A stretch of 43,546 nucleotides of DNA from an uncultured Salinisphaerales bacterium (GTDB lineage Bacteria; Pseudomonadota; Gammaproteobacteria; Nevskiales; Nevskiaceae), in NCBI GenBank assembly GCA_964644715.1, contig CAZXXM010000001.1, forward strand, positions 1-43,546, written 5' to 3'. The notes under the pieces are model-generated. The model searched no databases and had not been told where the DNA came from. It saw only the letters and a list, made by a program, of their open reading frames with translations. The position numbers and the translations under genes are program-made. Numbering within the stretch: position 1 is the stretch's first letter; each line of letters opens with the position of its first letter. Of this stretch, positions 25,398-35,065 are shown piece by piece.

Positions 25398-26111
25398 TCA
25401 CTGGATGGCGAGCGAGCCGATGAAGTTGAAGCCGAGGCCTGAGCCGGACACCGTCCAGCGCAGGCGCCAATAATCGTCCGTGATCGCGCCGGCAAGCGAC
25501 GCCAGCTGCGAAGTGACACCCGTCGCCGCGTTCATCGTGATCCGCGTGGTCGGGGTCGTGAAGCCGGCGTTATCGTCGCTTTCGACGATCACCGTCAGCG
25601 AAGGAGTGGTCCCAGGAGCTGCCGTGACATGCAGGCCACAGTGGATCGACTGCCCGGCCGCAACCGCACCAAGCTGACGGCCGGTGCCGTTCGCGTTCGC
25701 GGCGACGCCGGTCCGGTATTCCATCAGGGTCCCGCGCAGCAGGCGGTCCTGGGCGGCGGTCGCAAGCGTGAACCCGAACATCTGCCCGATCTGGGCGTTC
25801 GGGTTGTACTGGATGGCGAGCGCGTTGTGGAAGTAGGCGATGTCGCCGGCCGTGATGCCAGGCGCCACCGTCATCAGGACGCCGTTGCCGATCTTCTCGA
25901 ACAGCTCCCGATCCGGATACTCGGCTTCCCAGAGGCCGGCCGCGCTCATCGCCGCGACCTTCAGCCCTCCCTCGTGCACATGTGTATCGAAGGCGAAGGT
26001 GCTGGCATCCAGCGCATCGGCTTCATAGTTGATGCCGACCTGGTTCGCCTGCGAGCGCAGGTTATAGCCACCCAGCGCGATCAGGGCGTTCGTGAGGACG
26101 TTCTTCGCCAT
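25398..26111 (-). CDS. Tail tube paralogue with extra C-terminal domain
   Basis: N-terminus aligns with the 24970-25386 protein. Confidence 0.7.
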   Translation of the reverse strand: MAKNVLTNALIALGGYNLRSQANQVGINYEADALDASTFAFDTHVHEGGLKVAAMSAAGLWEAEYPDRELFEKIGNGVLMTVAPGITAGDIAYFHNALAIQYNPNAQIGQMFGFTLATAAQDRLLRGTLMEYRTGVAANANGTGRQLGAVAAGQSIHCGLHVTAAPGTTPSLTVIVESDDNAGFTTPTTRITMNAATGVTSQLASLAGAITDDYWRLRWTVSGSGLGFNFIGSLAIQ

Positions 26112-26113
26112 GC

Positions 26114-26506
26114 CTACTCCCGATAGATCACTTCAAAGTCACGCTGGAAGTTCCAGGCCCGCGCTAGATCGTCGAAGACCACCGGGGATCCGGGGATCGT
26201 GAAGATGTCGTCCACGGTCACGCCGCCGGCGGTGCCACGAAACCGCTGCAATGCGAGCCGCACCTGATCCACAAGGGCGCGCCCGGCGTCGTAGTCGTTG
26301 TGCCAGAGGTTCACGCGCACCCGCGCGGTTACCAGGTCGCCGTCCTCACCCATCGTCGGGTAGTGCTCGCCGTCGAACTCCTCATAGACGACATACGGAT
26401 AGGGCGTTCCCTGATCCGCCTGGTGCGGCCAGATACGAGTCCCGATCGCCGAGGATGTGCCGGCGAAGGTGGTCAGCCGCGCATAGACGACCTTGGCGGT
26501 GCTCAT
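26114..26506 (-). CDS. Tail terminator (DUF3168-like)
   Basis: RIWP..A.QGTPYPYVVY; gene order. Confidence 0.8.
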   Translation of the reverse strand: MSTAKVVYARLTTFAGTSSAIGTRIWPHQADQGTPYPYVVYEEFDGEHYPTMGEDGDLVTARVRVNLWHNDYDAGRALVDQVRLALQRFRGTAGGVTVDDIFTIPGSPVVFDDLARAWNFQRDFEVIYRE

Positions 26507-27057
26507 CCGCGCTTCTGCCTCCTGGTAATTGCCTGCTCAAGTGCGCGGAAGAACATCGACGTCACAGGCTGCTGGATCTCGCGCTGCGTCTTTTGCACGT
26601 ATTCCTGGCCCTCGATGAATCCACGACTCGCTGCGCCCTTGAGATGGCCGGCGCGTTCGCGCGCCGCATGCACGGCTCGGCCCGTAGCGGTGCGTGCGCG
26701 CGAAAGCCTGACGAGCCTGCCGGTGACGCGGCTGCCGATTCGGTGGCCGAACTCTACGAACCGCCAATAGAACGCATTGCGCGGATTCTCGGCCTTTCCC
26801 TGCGTCGAGACGCGGACCTTGGCCACCATGATGCCGCTGCGGCTCTTCCACTTCGTCACGACGTCCAGGTTGAAGCGCAGCTTGCCGGTGAAGACCGGCG
26901 CGTTGGCCTTGAGACGCCGGAGGATGTACTCCCCCGCCTCGCGGATGACCTTACGCACCGTCCTGCGTGCGATGTTCTCGTTCAGCGCCTTGAGTTCGGC
27001 AATGAGATCCCGGATGCCAGGCACGGCAACGGTGATCCCGTCCCCGGCCTGTTCCAT
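26503..27057 (-). CDS. HK97 gp10-like tail component
   Basis: APVFTGKL...AFYWRFVEFG. Confidence 0.85.
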   Translation of the reverse strand: MEQAGDGITVAVPGIRDLIAELKALNENIARRTVRKVIREAGEYILRRLKANAPVFTGKLRFNLDVVTKWKSRSGIMVAKVRVSTQGKAENPRNAFYWRFVEFGHRIGSRVTGRLVRLSRARTATGRAVHAARERAGHLKGAASRGFIEGQEYVQKTQREIQQPVTSMFFRALEQAITRRQKRG

Positions 27058-27377
27058 CAGACGTACTCGCGGCAGGCGATCAGCAGCTCACGTTTGCGGC
27101 TATCGGGATTCCAGAAGCCGAGAATGTCGAAGGTGCGCCCATCCCAGACCAGCTGCTTCGCGCGCGTCACATCACTGCGGTAGCGACAGCTGAACACCGT
27201 CGTCAGATCTCCGTGCCGCGTCTGGGCGTTGACGAACTCGCGCGCGCCCTGCGGTAGTTCGTTCGCCCAGAACTTCGCCTCAGTCACCCAGGCGGGCACG
27301 CTGGCGCCGGTCTCAGTGCTCCGTGTCGGGTTAGGTGCCTGGAGACTGACCCGGTGCCGCAGGCGGCCGGCGCGCAT
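27057..27377 (-). CDS. Head closure protein (SPP1 gp16-like)
   Basis: MRAGRLRHRVSLQ...GRTFDI. Confidence 0.88.
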   Translation of the reverse strand: MRAGRLRHRVSLQAPNPTRSTETGASVPAWVTEAKFWANELPQGAREFVNAQTRHGDLTTVFSCRYRSDVTRAKQLVWDGRTFDILGFWNPDSRKRELLIACREYV

Positions 27378-27378
27378 G

Positions 27379-27966
27379 TCAGAACGCCGAGTCCGGATCC
27401 CGGTACGGATCCATGAGCGCCTTGGCGCCGCGTGGCATCTCGGTCGCGTTCGGGCCGATGACGACGTCCTCGCGATTCTCGTACAGGTGTCCGACCAACA
27501 GCAGGATCGCCGAGCGGATCGGATCGGGGACGTTCGACGGATTGCTGCCATACCCGGCCACATAGCGGATCCGCACCGGATTGAAAACGTCGAGCTGCAG
27601 GCTCGGCCAGGTCTTCTGGTACGCCGGGCGAATCCTTCCCGCCAGGCTGTCGCTCGAGAGATCGGTCTGGTAGTCCGTCGTCGGCAGGACCTGCAGCGTG
27701 CCAGCCGTATCGAGGTAGCTGACCGAAGTCACGCTCTGGTGCGGCGGCCTCGGCAGCACGATCGTGTCCGGCCAGCAGTCGAGCGTCAGCTCGAGCGTCT
27801 GCGTGCACAGGGCGCGGCGCAGGTAGGTTTCCGCCCACTGCCGCGCCGCGAGAATGTAGCCGCCGATCAGCGCGTCGTCGTCCGCGTGATCGATGCGGCA
27901 GTGTTTCTTCGCCTCCGCCAGGCTGGCGGGCTCGTCCGCCGGCGGGGTGACGACGGACAGGCCCAT
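27379..27966 (-). CDS. Head-tail connector (gp6-like)
   Basis: EPASLAEAKKHCRID...AILLLVGHLYENRE. Confidence 0.92.
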   Translation of the reverse strand: MGLSVVTPPADEPASLAEAKKHCRIDHADDDALIGGYILAARQWAETYLRRALCTQTLELTLDCWPDTIVLPRPPHQSVTSVSYLDTAGTLQVLPTTDYQTDLSSDSLAGRIRPAYQKTWPSLQLDVFNPVRIRYVAGYGSNPSNVPDPIRSAILLLVGHLYENREDVVIGPNATEMPRGAKALMDPYRDPDSAF

Positions 27967-27969
27967 GGG

Positions 27970-28158
27970 CTACTCGGCCTTCTTGCCCTTCTTGCCCTTG
28001 TCGGCTTCGCCGCTGTCGGCGGCCTTGGCCGGCGCCTTCTCGACGTAGCCGCGGCGCAGCGCCGTCGCGAGCGACTCGCCATCGAGGTCGAGCTCGGCGT
28101 CCTTCTTCAGGTTCAGCTCGCCGCCCCTGAACACGTTCTGCAGCACTTTCACTCGCAT
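27970..28158 (-). CDS. Small hypothetical virion-region protein
   Basis: GAGGAGG RBS; 62 aa. Confidence 0.75.
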   Translation of the reverse strand: MRVKVLQNVFRGGELNLKKDAELDLDGESLATALRRGYVEKAPAKAADSGEADKGKKGKKAE

Positions 28159-28172
28159 CGATCATCCTCCTC

Positions 28173-28203
28173 AAAAGGGGGCGGGACCCGAAGGCCCCGC
28201 CCC
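28173..28203 (-). terminator. Intrinsic terminator
   Basis: GGGGCGGGGCC-TTCG-GGTCCCGCCCC followed by CTTTT. Confidence 0.75.
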
Positions 28204-28227
28204 ACACACGAACCAGCCGAAGCTGGA

Positions 28228-28671
28228 TTACTTGCGGGCGATCTCGACGACCGTCGCCAGGTCGCCGTCGGACGCCGGGTCGTACCGGTTCACGACGCCC
28301 AGGATCACGGCCGCGCCGGGACCGCCGGTCGCGCCACCGGTGACCATGCGCGGCGCGACGTGCGTGAAGCCCGCCGAGACCTTGCTGCAGTCGATCTCGA
28401 TGACGATCTGCTTGTTGTCGTTGTTGGTCGCATGCGCCGCGAGCTGGGTGGCAGCCTTGTAGGCCTGCGCGCCGGTGCCCGAGCCGTCGGTCGCCTCCTG
28501 CACCGAGCAGTCGATCGTCTCGGCCGCGATGTCGCCGAGCAGGAAGACCGCGAGCAGCTTCTGGTAGTTCTTGACGGGAACCCAGTCGCCGACCTTGGGG
28601 GTGGAATTGACGGTGCCCGGGTCGATCGTGGAGAGGATCGCCAGCGCTTCCGCCACTGCATTCGGATTCAT
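28228..28671 (-). CDS. Putative capsid decoration protein
   Basis: Follows the major capsid gene, before the terminator; beta-rich. Confidence 0.65.
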   Translation of the reverse strand: MNPNAVAEALAILSTIDPGTVNSTPKVGDWVPVKNYQKLLAVFLLGDIAAETIDCSVQEATDGSGTGAQAYKAATQLAAHATNNDNKQIVIEIDCSKVSAGFTHVAPRMVTGGATGGPGAAVILGVVNRYDPASDGDLATVVEIARK

Positions 28672-28706
28672 TGCTGTGCTCCTTGGTTGTGGTGGTTACG
28701 CCGCGA

Positions 28707-30002
28707 TTACGCGCGGGCCTCGATCTGCACGAACGGCGACAGCGTGCTCGAGCCATTCGCCGGGTTGACCGGCGCGCTGAGCCACGGCTGTCCATCCATG
28801 CGGAACGTGAGCCGGAACGCCGTCGCGTCGGCGTCGAAGAAGATGTGCATCGACTCCGCCGCCTCCGGACCCTTCGAGATCGTCACGTACTGGCCGAAAT
28901 CGGCCAACACGATGTCGCCGGCATCGCCCAGCGTCTGGCAGACCTGGGTGACGATCAGCGGCCGGCCCAGCAGGAAGCCCATCGGGGCGTCCTTGAAGCC
29001 GGACTGCGGCGGCGTCCAGATCGGCTGGTTGCCGACGGTCATCGTGATGACCTGGTTGAAGGCGTCGTTGTTCACCAGCCAGCGCGCGCGCTGTGAGGCC
29101 TGGCCGAGCAGCCGGCCCAGCATCTTGGCGACGTTCGCCGCGTTGATGGTGTCAGCCGTCTGCGAGGTCTCCTTGGTGATGGAGATCACCGCGCCGGACG
29201 ACCGGAAGCCCAGCGGCACCTGGCCGCCGGCGCCGTTGACGATCGTGTCGTTCGTCTTCCAGGCCAGCGACCGACCGAGCGCCTGCGTGACGAACGCGCC
29301 GGCCGCCTGGGCGTCGGCGAGCAGCTCGTCGGACAGCGGCACCAGGCCGATCAGCTTGCGCAGCTTCAGCGTGCGCTCGGTGAGCTTCGGCTTCGTCTGC
29401 GTGATCGCGGCGAGCTCCGCCTGCCAGTTCATGCGGATGCCGTCGGTGCCCCAGGGCGTGGTCTCGTCCGCCGGGAAGCTGATCGAGTTGCCGGTGATCG
29501 GCAGCTGCATCGTCAGCGGCAGGAACGAGCCCTCCTCGAGGGCCAGCTGCATGATCTGTCGGGTGTACTCCGGCGGGACCAGGTAACCGCCATCGCCGCC
29601 GGTGTTTTCGCTGCCAGCGGTCGTGGGCGCGGCCGCTTCGTAGCGCAGCCGGCTGTCCGGCTTGGCGCCGTGCATGCCGGCGGCGATGACTGCGCCGAAG
29701 AAGTCCGCGCGGGTGCGGAAGCCGAGCTTCGGGTCGCCGTCGGCGAGGTCGTCGCCGCCGGAGATGTCCGGGTCGCGATCGACAGCGTTGCGGGCCGGGA
29801 CGAGCTGGCGCTCGGCCTCGAGCGCCGCGCGCTCGGCGGTGACGGCCTGCGAGGCCTTGTCCATGGCAGCCTTCAGCTCGGTGGTCTTGGCGTTGTGCGC
29901 CTCGAGCGCGGCGGCCTCGGTCGGCTCGGCCGTCTCGATGTGCGCCCGATAGGCCTTGATCGCCCCGTCGAGCTTGCGCTGCAGTGCAGCGAGTCGGTTC
30001 AT
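28707..30002 (-). CDS. Major capsid protein, HK97 fold
   Basis: Coiled-coil delta domain, DGGYLVP, SDELLAD, LLGRP, AFR..FRMDGQP. Confidence 0.95.
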   Translation of the reverse strand: MNRLAALQRKLDGAIKAYRAHIETAEPTEAAALEAHNAKTTELKAAMDKASQAVTAERAALEAERQLVPARNAVDRDPDISGGDDLADGDPKLGFRTRADFFGAVIAAGMHGAKPDSRLRYEAAAPTTAGSENTGGDGGYLVPPEYTRQIMQLALEEGSFLPLTMQLPITGNSISFPADETTPWGTDGIRMNWQAELAAITQTKPKLTERTLKLRKLIGLVPLSDELLADAQAAGAFVTQALGRSLAWKTNDTIVNGAGGQVPLGFRSSGAVISITKETSQTADTINAANVAKMLGRLLGQASQRARWLVNNDAFNQVITMTVGNQPIWTPPQSGFKDAPMGFLLGRPLIVTQVCQTLGDAGDIVLADFGQYVTISKGPEAAESMHIFFDADATAFRLTFRMDGQPWLSAPVNPANGSSTLSPFVQIEARA

Positions 30003-30024
30003 GTTCGTGATCTCCTGATGGTGG

Positions 30025-30054
30025 AAAAACGAAACCCCGCCAGGACGGGGTCTT
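30025..30054 (-). terminator. Terminator-like hairpin upstream of the capsid gene
   Basis: AGACCCCGT-CCTG-GCGGGGTTT followed by CGTTTTT. Confidence 0.5.
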
Positions 30055-30084
30055 CTCTCGAGGCGCTAGGAGCCCGACGGGGCG

Positions 30085-30969
30085 CTAGGACGCCTTGAGC
30101 ACGGCTTCCGCGATGTCGGCTTCCGCCGCCAGCGCAGAGCGATTCGGGCGGGCAGCGCGTGGCTGCAATCCGCGGATGACTTCAACGAGCGGCGCGACGC
30201 GATCGACCATGCCGCGCTCCTTGGCTTCGGCGGCGCCGTACACCCGGCCCTGCCCGAACTCCTTCAGCACGGTGGCCTTGGTGACGCCGCGATTGCGGGC
30301 CACGGTGCCGACGAAGGCGTCGTGGTACTCGTCGACCCGCTTCTGGATGAACGCACGGGCATCGTCCTCGAGCGGCTCGTAGGCGTTGCCCTCGACCTTG
30401 TGCTCGCCGGCGTGGATGAACGTGACCTTGAGGCCCTCGGTCTTCAGACGCTCCGAATAGTCGACGTGCATGGCAACCACGCCGATCGAGCCGACCTCGC
30501 CGGACGGCGTCACGACGAACTGCTCGGCCGCCGAGCCGATCCAGTAGGCGGCCGAGGCCGCGAGCGCGTCCGCCACGGCGATGATCTTCTTGCGGCCGCG
30601 CGCGGCGTAGACCTCCTGCGCGAACTCCTGGACGCCGTACACCGAGCCGCCAGGTGAATCGATGTCGAGCACGATCGCGCCGACGGCGGGATCTTCCAGC
30701 GCCTGGCGCAGCCGGGCCGCGGCACGCTCGAGGGACGCGCCACCAGACATGTCCGTGAAGGCGTCCGCCCGCGGGATGATCGTGCCGAAGATCGGCAGGA
30801 CCGCCACAGCGCCGGCCACCTGGTACGACGGCGCCTGCTGGGCCTCGAATTCGACCCGCGGCCCGCCGGCCAGGCGGAACTCGAGGAAGGCCTGGATCTG
30901 GGCGAGCTTCGACGGCTGGATCGCCATCGGGTACTCGTTCAGGAATCGGATCAAGAAGTCGTTTCGCAT
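30085..30969 (-). CDS. Prohead protease, S49 family
   Basis: LDIDSPGG, AASAAYWIGS, GSIGV. Confidence 0.92.
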   Translation of the reverse strand: MRNDFLIRFLNEYPMAIQPSKLAQIQAFLEFRLAGGPRVEFEAQQAPSYQVAGAVAVLPIFGTIIPRADAFTDMSGGASLERAAARLRQALEDPAVGAIVLDIDSPGGSVYGVQEFAQEVYAARGRKKIIAVADALAASAAYWIGSAAEQFVVTPSGEVGSIGVVAMHVDYSERLKTEGLKVTFIHAGEHKVEGNAYEPLEDDARAFIQKRVDEYHDAFVGTVARNRGVTKATVLKEFGQGRVYGAAEAKERGMVDRVAPLVEVIRGLQPRAARPNRSALAAEADIAEAVLKAS

Positions 30970-32528
30970 GCCTTGCCTCGCTTGAGCGTCAAGAGCCTGG
31001 CGGCGCCGTTCGCCGCCCATTCCGCCAGCACGGCCGGCACCTTCGGCCGCCCGCCGGTCAGGTCGTTGTCGGTCGCCGCCTCGAGCTGCCCGGCCTGATC
31101 GTCGCACCAGGTCCTGGCGATCGCCGGCGACGTGCCAAGTTCGGCGACGACCGTCGCCTGGTGGAGCCCGTAGAACCGCTGGATCCAGGCCGACCAGGCG
31201 CCCATATCCTTGGTGCGGAACGCATGCTCGTACATGCGCTGTGCGGCCGAGACCTCGACCTCGATCAGGCGGGTCGCCGCCTCCGCATCCTCGTCCTCGT
31301 CGTCCGGTTCGTCGTCGGCCGGCTGGCGCGGTCGGGCCTGCCCGGGCGGCGCCATGTTCATCGGCGCGAGCGGCGCATCCAGCCCGGGGAGCGGATTCAG
31401 ATTCTCAAACTTGCGCGCCTCGTTGCGCGTCAGCCAGCCGGTCGAGATGCCACTCGCGTAGGACTCGTAACGCGACTTCTGATCGCCACGCAGCAGCGCG
31501 GTCAGCAGGAACTCGGCGAAGTACTCGCCGGCGTCATCGCCGCCCAGGTCCTCGAGGAAGGCGCGCCCCAGCGCCTGCTCCCAGCGCACGGCCCACGGCC
31601 GCATGCAGTGGATCACGAAGGCGAGCATGAACTGTTCGATGCCAGTGCCCCAGCTCGTCGATTTCTCGGTCTCCTGCAGCAGCACCAAGGGCACGCGGAA
31701 GATGCGCGCCACGTCGGCGATCTGGAACTTGCGGGTCTCGAGAAACTGGGCGTCCTCATTGGACACCCCGAGCTTCTCGACCTTCATCCCGTCCTCGAGC
31801 ACCGCCGTGCCGCTGCCGCCACGCTGGGCTGCGCGCCATGATTTCTTGAACCGTTCCCGCGCGTCGGCGTCCTCGAAGTGATTGGGATGCGTGAGCACCA
31901 GCGTCGGCGTGGCGTCCTTGCCGAAGAAGCGCGCGCCGTACTCCTGGGCGGCCAGCGTCAGGCCGATCGTCTCGCGCTGGTAGCCGATCACCGACAGCCC
32001 GACGCGGCCATCGAGCGACAGCCCGCGCAGGTGGAAGATCTCGTGCTCGAGATAAGTCTCCTCCTGCATCGTCACCGGGTTCCGGTAGCGATAGAGCATG
32101 CGCCCGTTCGGCAATACGTCCGTGCGCATCCGATCCGGGTGCAGCGGGATGAGCTGCTCGACCGTCCCGTTGCCGGCCCACACCGGCAGCGCGTAGGCGT
32201 TGCCGCGCAGTACGCAGTGCGCGGTCATCATCTCGACGAACTCCATCGTCGTCTGCCACCGGTTCGGCCGGTGGTGCAGCAGCGGGTAGACCCAGTGCTC
32301 CGGCGCGCGATCCTTACCGCCGTCCGACAGTCGCCGGTAGGTGATCAGCGGCAGCGAGCCCAGGGTCTCGGAGATGATCCGCACGCAGCCGTAGACGGCC
32401 GAGATCCGCATCGCGTTGTCGCCGTCGATGCGCACGCCAGCGCGCGTCATCGGGCCGACGTCGAGATACCAGAAATCATCTTCCGGCGGTCGCGACGACG
32501 ACGCGCCGAACAGCGAGCTCAGGATCAC
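30951..32528 (-). CDS. Portal protein, HK97 family, with C-terminal extension
   Basis: SAVYGCVRII, LRGNAY, AQFLETRKFQ..DVARIFRVP, TRNEAR..ENL.P. Confidence 0.93.
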   Translation of the reverse strand: MILSSLFGASSSRPPEDDFWYLDVGPMTRAGVRIDGDNAMRISAVYGCVRIISETLGSLPLITYRRLSDGGKDRAPEHWVYPLLHHRPNRWQTTMEFVEMMTAHCVLRGNAYALPVWAGNGTVEQLIPLHPDRMRTDVLPNGRMLYRYRNPVTMQEETYLEHEIFHLRGLSLDGRVGLSVIGYQRETIGLTLAAQEYGARFFGKDATPTLVLTHPNHFEDADARERFKKSWRAAQRGGSGTAVLEDGMKVEKLGVSNEDAQFLETRKFQIADVARIFRVPLVLLQETEKSTSWGTGIEQFMLAFVIHCMRPWAVRWEQALGRAFLEDLGGDDAGEYFAEFLLTALLRGDQKSRYESYASGISTGWLTRNEARKFENLNPLPGLDAPLAPMNMAPPGQARPRQPADDEPDDEDEDAEAATRLIEVEVSAAQRMYEHAFRTKDMGAWSAWIQRFYGLHQATVVAELGTSPAIARTWCDDQAGQLEAATDNDLTGGRPKVPAVLAEWAANGAARLLTLKRGKACETTS

Positions 32529-32707
32529 GGCTTCCGGGTTCCGCGGACGTGGCGAACGAGCGCGCCGGCGAATACCACGCCGAGGAGCACGACGCCGGCG
32601 ACGAGCAGCCCGACGCCGGCGCCGCCGAGGATCCAGCTGCCGGCGGTCGCGCACCCGAGTCCAGCCAGTCCGATGGTGTCCTCGATGCCTTCGCGCGTGA
32701 TCTTCAT
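32525..32707 (-). CDS. Small membrane protein between terL and portal
   Basis: 60 aa, hydrophobic; typical HK97-like position. Confidence 0.75.
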   Translation of the reverse strand: MKITREGIEDTIGLAGLGCATAGSWILGGAGVGLLVAGVVLLGVVFAGALVRHVRGTRKP

Positions 32708-34542
32708 ACGACCAGGAGCTCCTCGGTGTCGTAAATCGTGCCCTTGCGGCGGCCAGAGAAAGACTGGGCGGCACGCAGGGCCATGGCCAGCGCGACGATC
32801 CCGTCGATGCGGCCGCGCGCCTTGCGCTTGTCGAATTTCCGTTCCTCGGCAGAGCCGGACGTGATCACGGCATTCGACGAGTTCCACGTCAGCACGGGGT
32901 TCGTCTTCACGCGCAGCTGCCTGCTGACGATCGCGGCTGTCAGCCCGTCGACTGCAGGGGTCATGTCCTTATAGCCCTGGCCGTGCTCGGCCAGAATCAG
33001 GCCGCGTGCCTCGCGGATCGACTTCTCGTCCTTCCACTTGTCCGCCGATACGTGCGCGTACTCGAACCCCGCGTCATCGAGCTCGCGCATCAGGTCGATG
33101 ATCCGGAAGCGGTCAAACGCTGCGACCTCGAGCCCGTAGGTTTCGCGATAGTCGATGATCCGCTTCGCAATGTGGCCATACTCGACCACGGAGCCGGGCG
33201 TCGTCAGCAGGTGCCCAGCATCGCGCCAGGCGGTGAATGGCACCTTGTCTCGGTCCTCGCGCTCGCGGATGCCATCCTCTGGCGTCCAGAAGAAGAGGAA
33301 CGCATCGTAGCCCTTGCCGTCCGGTCGCATGAATACAAGCGCGAGCGCCGTCAGGTCCGTGCGCGTCGACAGGTCGAGTCCGCCCCAGCACCGTGAGCCG
33401 CGGTACGGAACCAGGTCCAGGTCGTCGTGCTCGCACGCCAGCCACTTGTCGGCGTCGATCCACGGATTCGAGGCCCCGACCCACTGGCAGAAATTGAGCC
33501 GCCGGACCTTGGAAGCTGTGCTCGGCATGCCCTCGGCCTTCTTCACCTGCTCCTGCAGGTACTTCTCGCTGACCGAGACGCCCAGATTGGGATTGGCCTT
33601 GATCCAGACCCGGGGGTCCTTCCACTTGTCGCGCTTGCCGAGTGCGCACACGTATGCGAACCACGAATCGTCCACCACGTGGCCGCGCAACACGCGGTCC
33701 GAATAGTCATGGTGCTCGAAGCAGATCGACGAGCGATCGACACCGGAGTTCGTGATCTCGATCAGCAGCGGCTGCAGCCGGAACTTGAAGCCGTCGCTGA
33801 GCATCCCGACCACAGTCCCGTCCGGGTGCTCGTGGAGCTCGTCGCACGCAGCGAAATGCGGTCGCGGACCGGACTGCTTGTCGTCCGACGAGATCGCCTT
33901 GAAGAAGGACTCCGAGCGCGGGTGGAACATCGTGTAAGGCTTCAGGCCGCCGTACTTGATGACCTCCCGCTCGAGCACGGGGGACTGGTCCCGCATCGCG
34001 ACTGCGTCGCGGAACAGGATCATCGCCTGGTCCTTGGTGGCGGCCGCGGCGTAGCACTCCGCGCGCTTCTCCCCATCCGACGTGAGGCAGTACATGCCCA
34101 TGCCGCCGGCGAGCGGGCTCTTGCCGTTGCCCTTACCGATCTCGATGTAGCCGGTCCGGAAGCGGCGGTGGCCATCCGCGCCGCACCAGCCGAACAGCGA
34201 GCCGACAATGAAGGCCTGCCACGGGCCGCCGGCGCCGGTGCCGATCAGCTCGAACGGCTGCCCCTCGAATTGCCCGCCGTTCAGGCGCAGCACTTCCCGG
34301 AAGTACCCGAACACCCGATGCGCCCGTTCGACGTGCCACGACAGGCCCCGCTTCGGACCGTCGCGCAGATCCCGCAGGTGCCGCTCGGCGGCGAGCTCGA
34401 CCAGCGGTCCGGTCACGATGCGCCCGCCCACGACTTCGCGGGCGTAGTAGGTGACAGGATCCTTTCGGCACAGCGCCAGCTGGGCCGCCGTGAGCCGGGG
34501 CGGCCTAGTGGAAATACTTGGCCGTCGGCTCTTCGATTTCAT
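32704..34542 (-). CDS. terL: Terminase large subunit
   Basis: GKGNGKS Walker A, CDELHEH Walker B, GLDLS...DLTA, RIDGIVA. Confidence 0.95.
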   Translation of the reverse strand: MKSKSRRPSISTRPPRLTAAQLALCRKDPVTYYAREVVGGRIVTGPLVELAAERHLRDLRDGPKRGLSWHVERAHRVFGYFREVLRLNGGQFEGQPFELIGTGAGGPWQAFIVGSLFGWCGADGHRRFRTGYIEIGKGNGKSPLAGGMGMYCLTSDGEKRAECYAAAATKDQAMILFRDAVAMRDQSPVLEREVIKYGGLKPYTMFHPRSESFFKAISSDDKQSGPRPHFAACDELHEHPDGTVVGMLSDGFKFRLQPLLIEITNSGVDRSSICFEHHDYSDRVLRGHVVDDSWFAYVCALGKRDKWKDPRVWIKANPNLGVSVSEKYLQEQVKKAEGMPSTASKVRRLNFCQWVGASNPWIDADKWLACEHDDLDLVPYRGSRCWGGLDLSTRTDLTALALVFMRPDGKGYDAFLFFWTPEDGIREREDRDKVPFTAWRDAGHLLTTPGSVVEYGHIAKRIIDYRETYGLEVAAFDRFRIIDLMRELDDAGFEYAHVSADKWKDEKSIREARGLILAEHGQGYKDMTPAVDGLTAAIVSRQLRVKTNPVLTWNSSNAVITSGSAEERKFDKRKARGRIDGIVALAMALRAAQSFSGRRKGTIYDTEELLVV

Positions 34543-34975
34543 CCGGATCCACCGTATTCACCTTCGGCCGTGCCGCGGGCGACAGACCAATCTGCCCGAT
34601 CGCGGACAGGTAGCGCCGCGCGGCCTCGGCGGCGATCGAGGCGGCCGGGTTCTGCTTGATCATCCGCTGGCCATCGGTGCCCTCGGTCTCGTACGTGTAT
34701 CCGTCCTTGTCACAGACCCGCTCGTTGCGCCGCCAGGTCGAATACGCGCGCACGGCCGATTCCACAATCGCGCGGTCCGCCTTTGTGAGGACCTCGAGCT
34801 TCAGACCTTCGGCGATGATTCGCCGCCATTCCTGCTTCCCAACTTCGTCGAGATCGTCGGGCATCGCCGGCTCACCAGCGCGCAACTTCGGCTCGCGCTT
34901 GTTGGTGCGCGACTTGCGGAGCGTCCCCTGCTTGCGTTTCAGCGCAGTCGGTTTACGCGGCCTTCCAGTGCGCAG
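34505..34975 (-). CDS. terS: Terminase small subunit (P27 family), probable CTG start
   Basis: GRPRKPTALK...N..EP N-terminus upstream of the ORF-track start; IKQNPA...IGLSPAAR. Confidence 0.85.
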   Translation of the reverse strand: MRTGRPRKPTALKRKQGTLRKSRTNKREPKLRAGEPAMPDDLDEVGKQEWRRIIAEGLKLEVLTKADRAIVESAVRAYSTWRRNERVCDKDGYTYETEGTDGQRMIKQNPAASIAAEAARRYLSAIGQIGLSPAARPKVNTVDPDEIEEPTAKYFH

Positions 34976-35065
34976 AAATCTCTCCCGACTTTTGGCTGTG
35001 TGCGCGGAAATGAGCGCGTTCGGTCGTCAAGGTCAAAGCTGTAGACTTTCGATGGGCCTATGGCC
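34976..35065. other. Probable cos/packaging initiation region
   Basis: Non-coding gap between the HNH genes and terS, as in HK97-like phages; exact cut site cannot be determined. Confidence 0.45.

Noticed and set aside
27229-29586. Long plus-strand ORFs (785 aa here; also 2295-3644, 17914-19575, 20387-21751, 33427-34659)
   Set aside because: Antisense shadows of real genes in GC-rich DNA; Arg/Ala-rich with no motifs.
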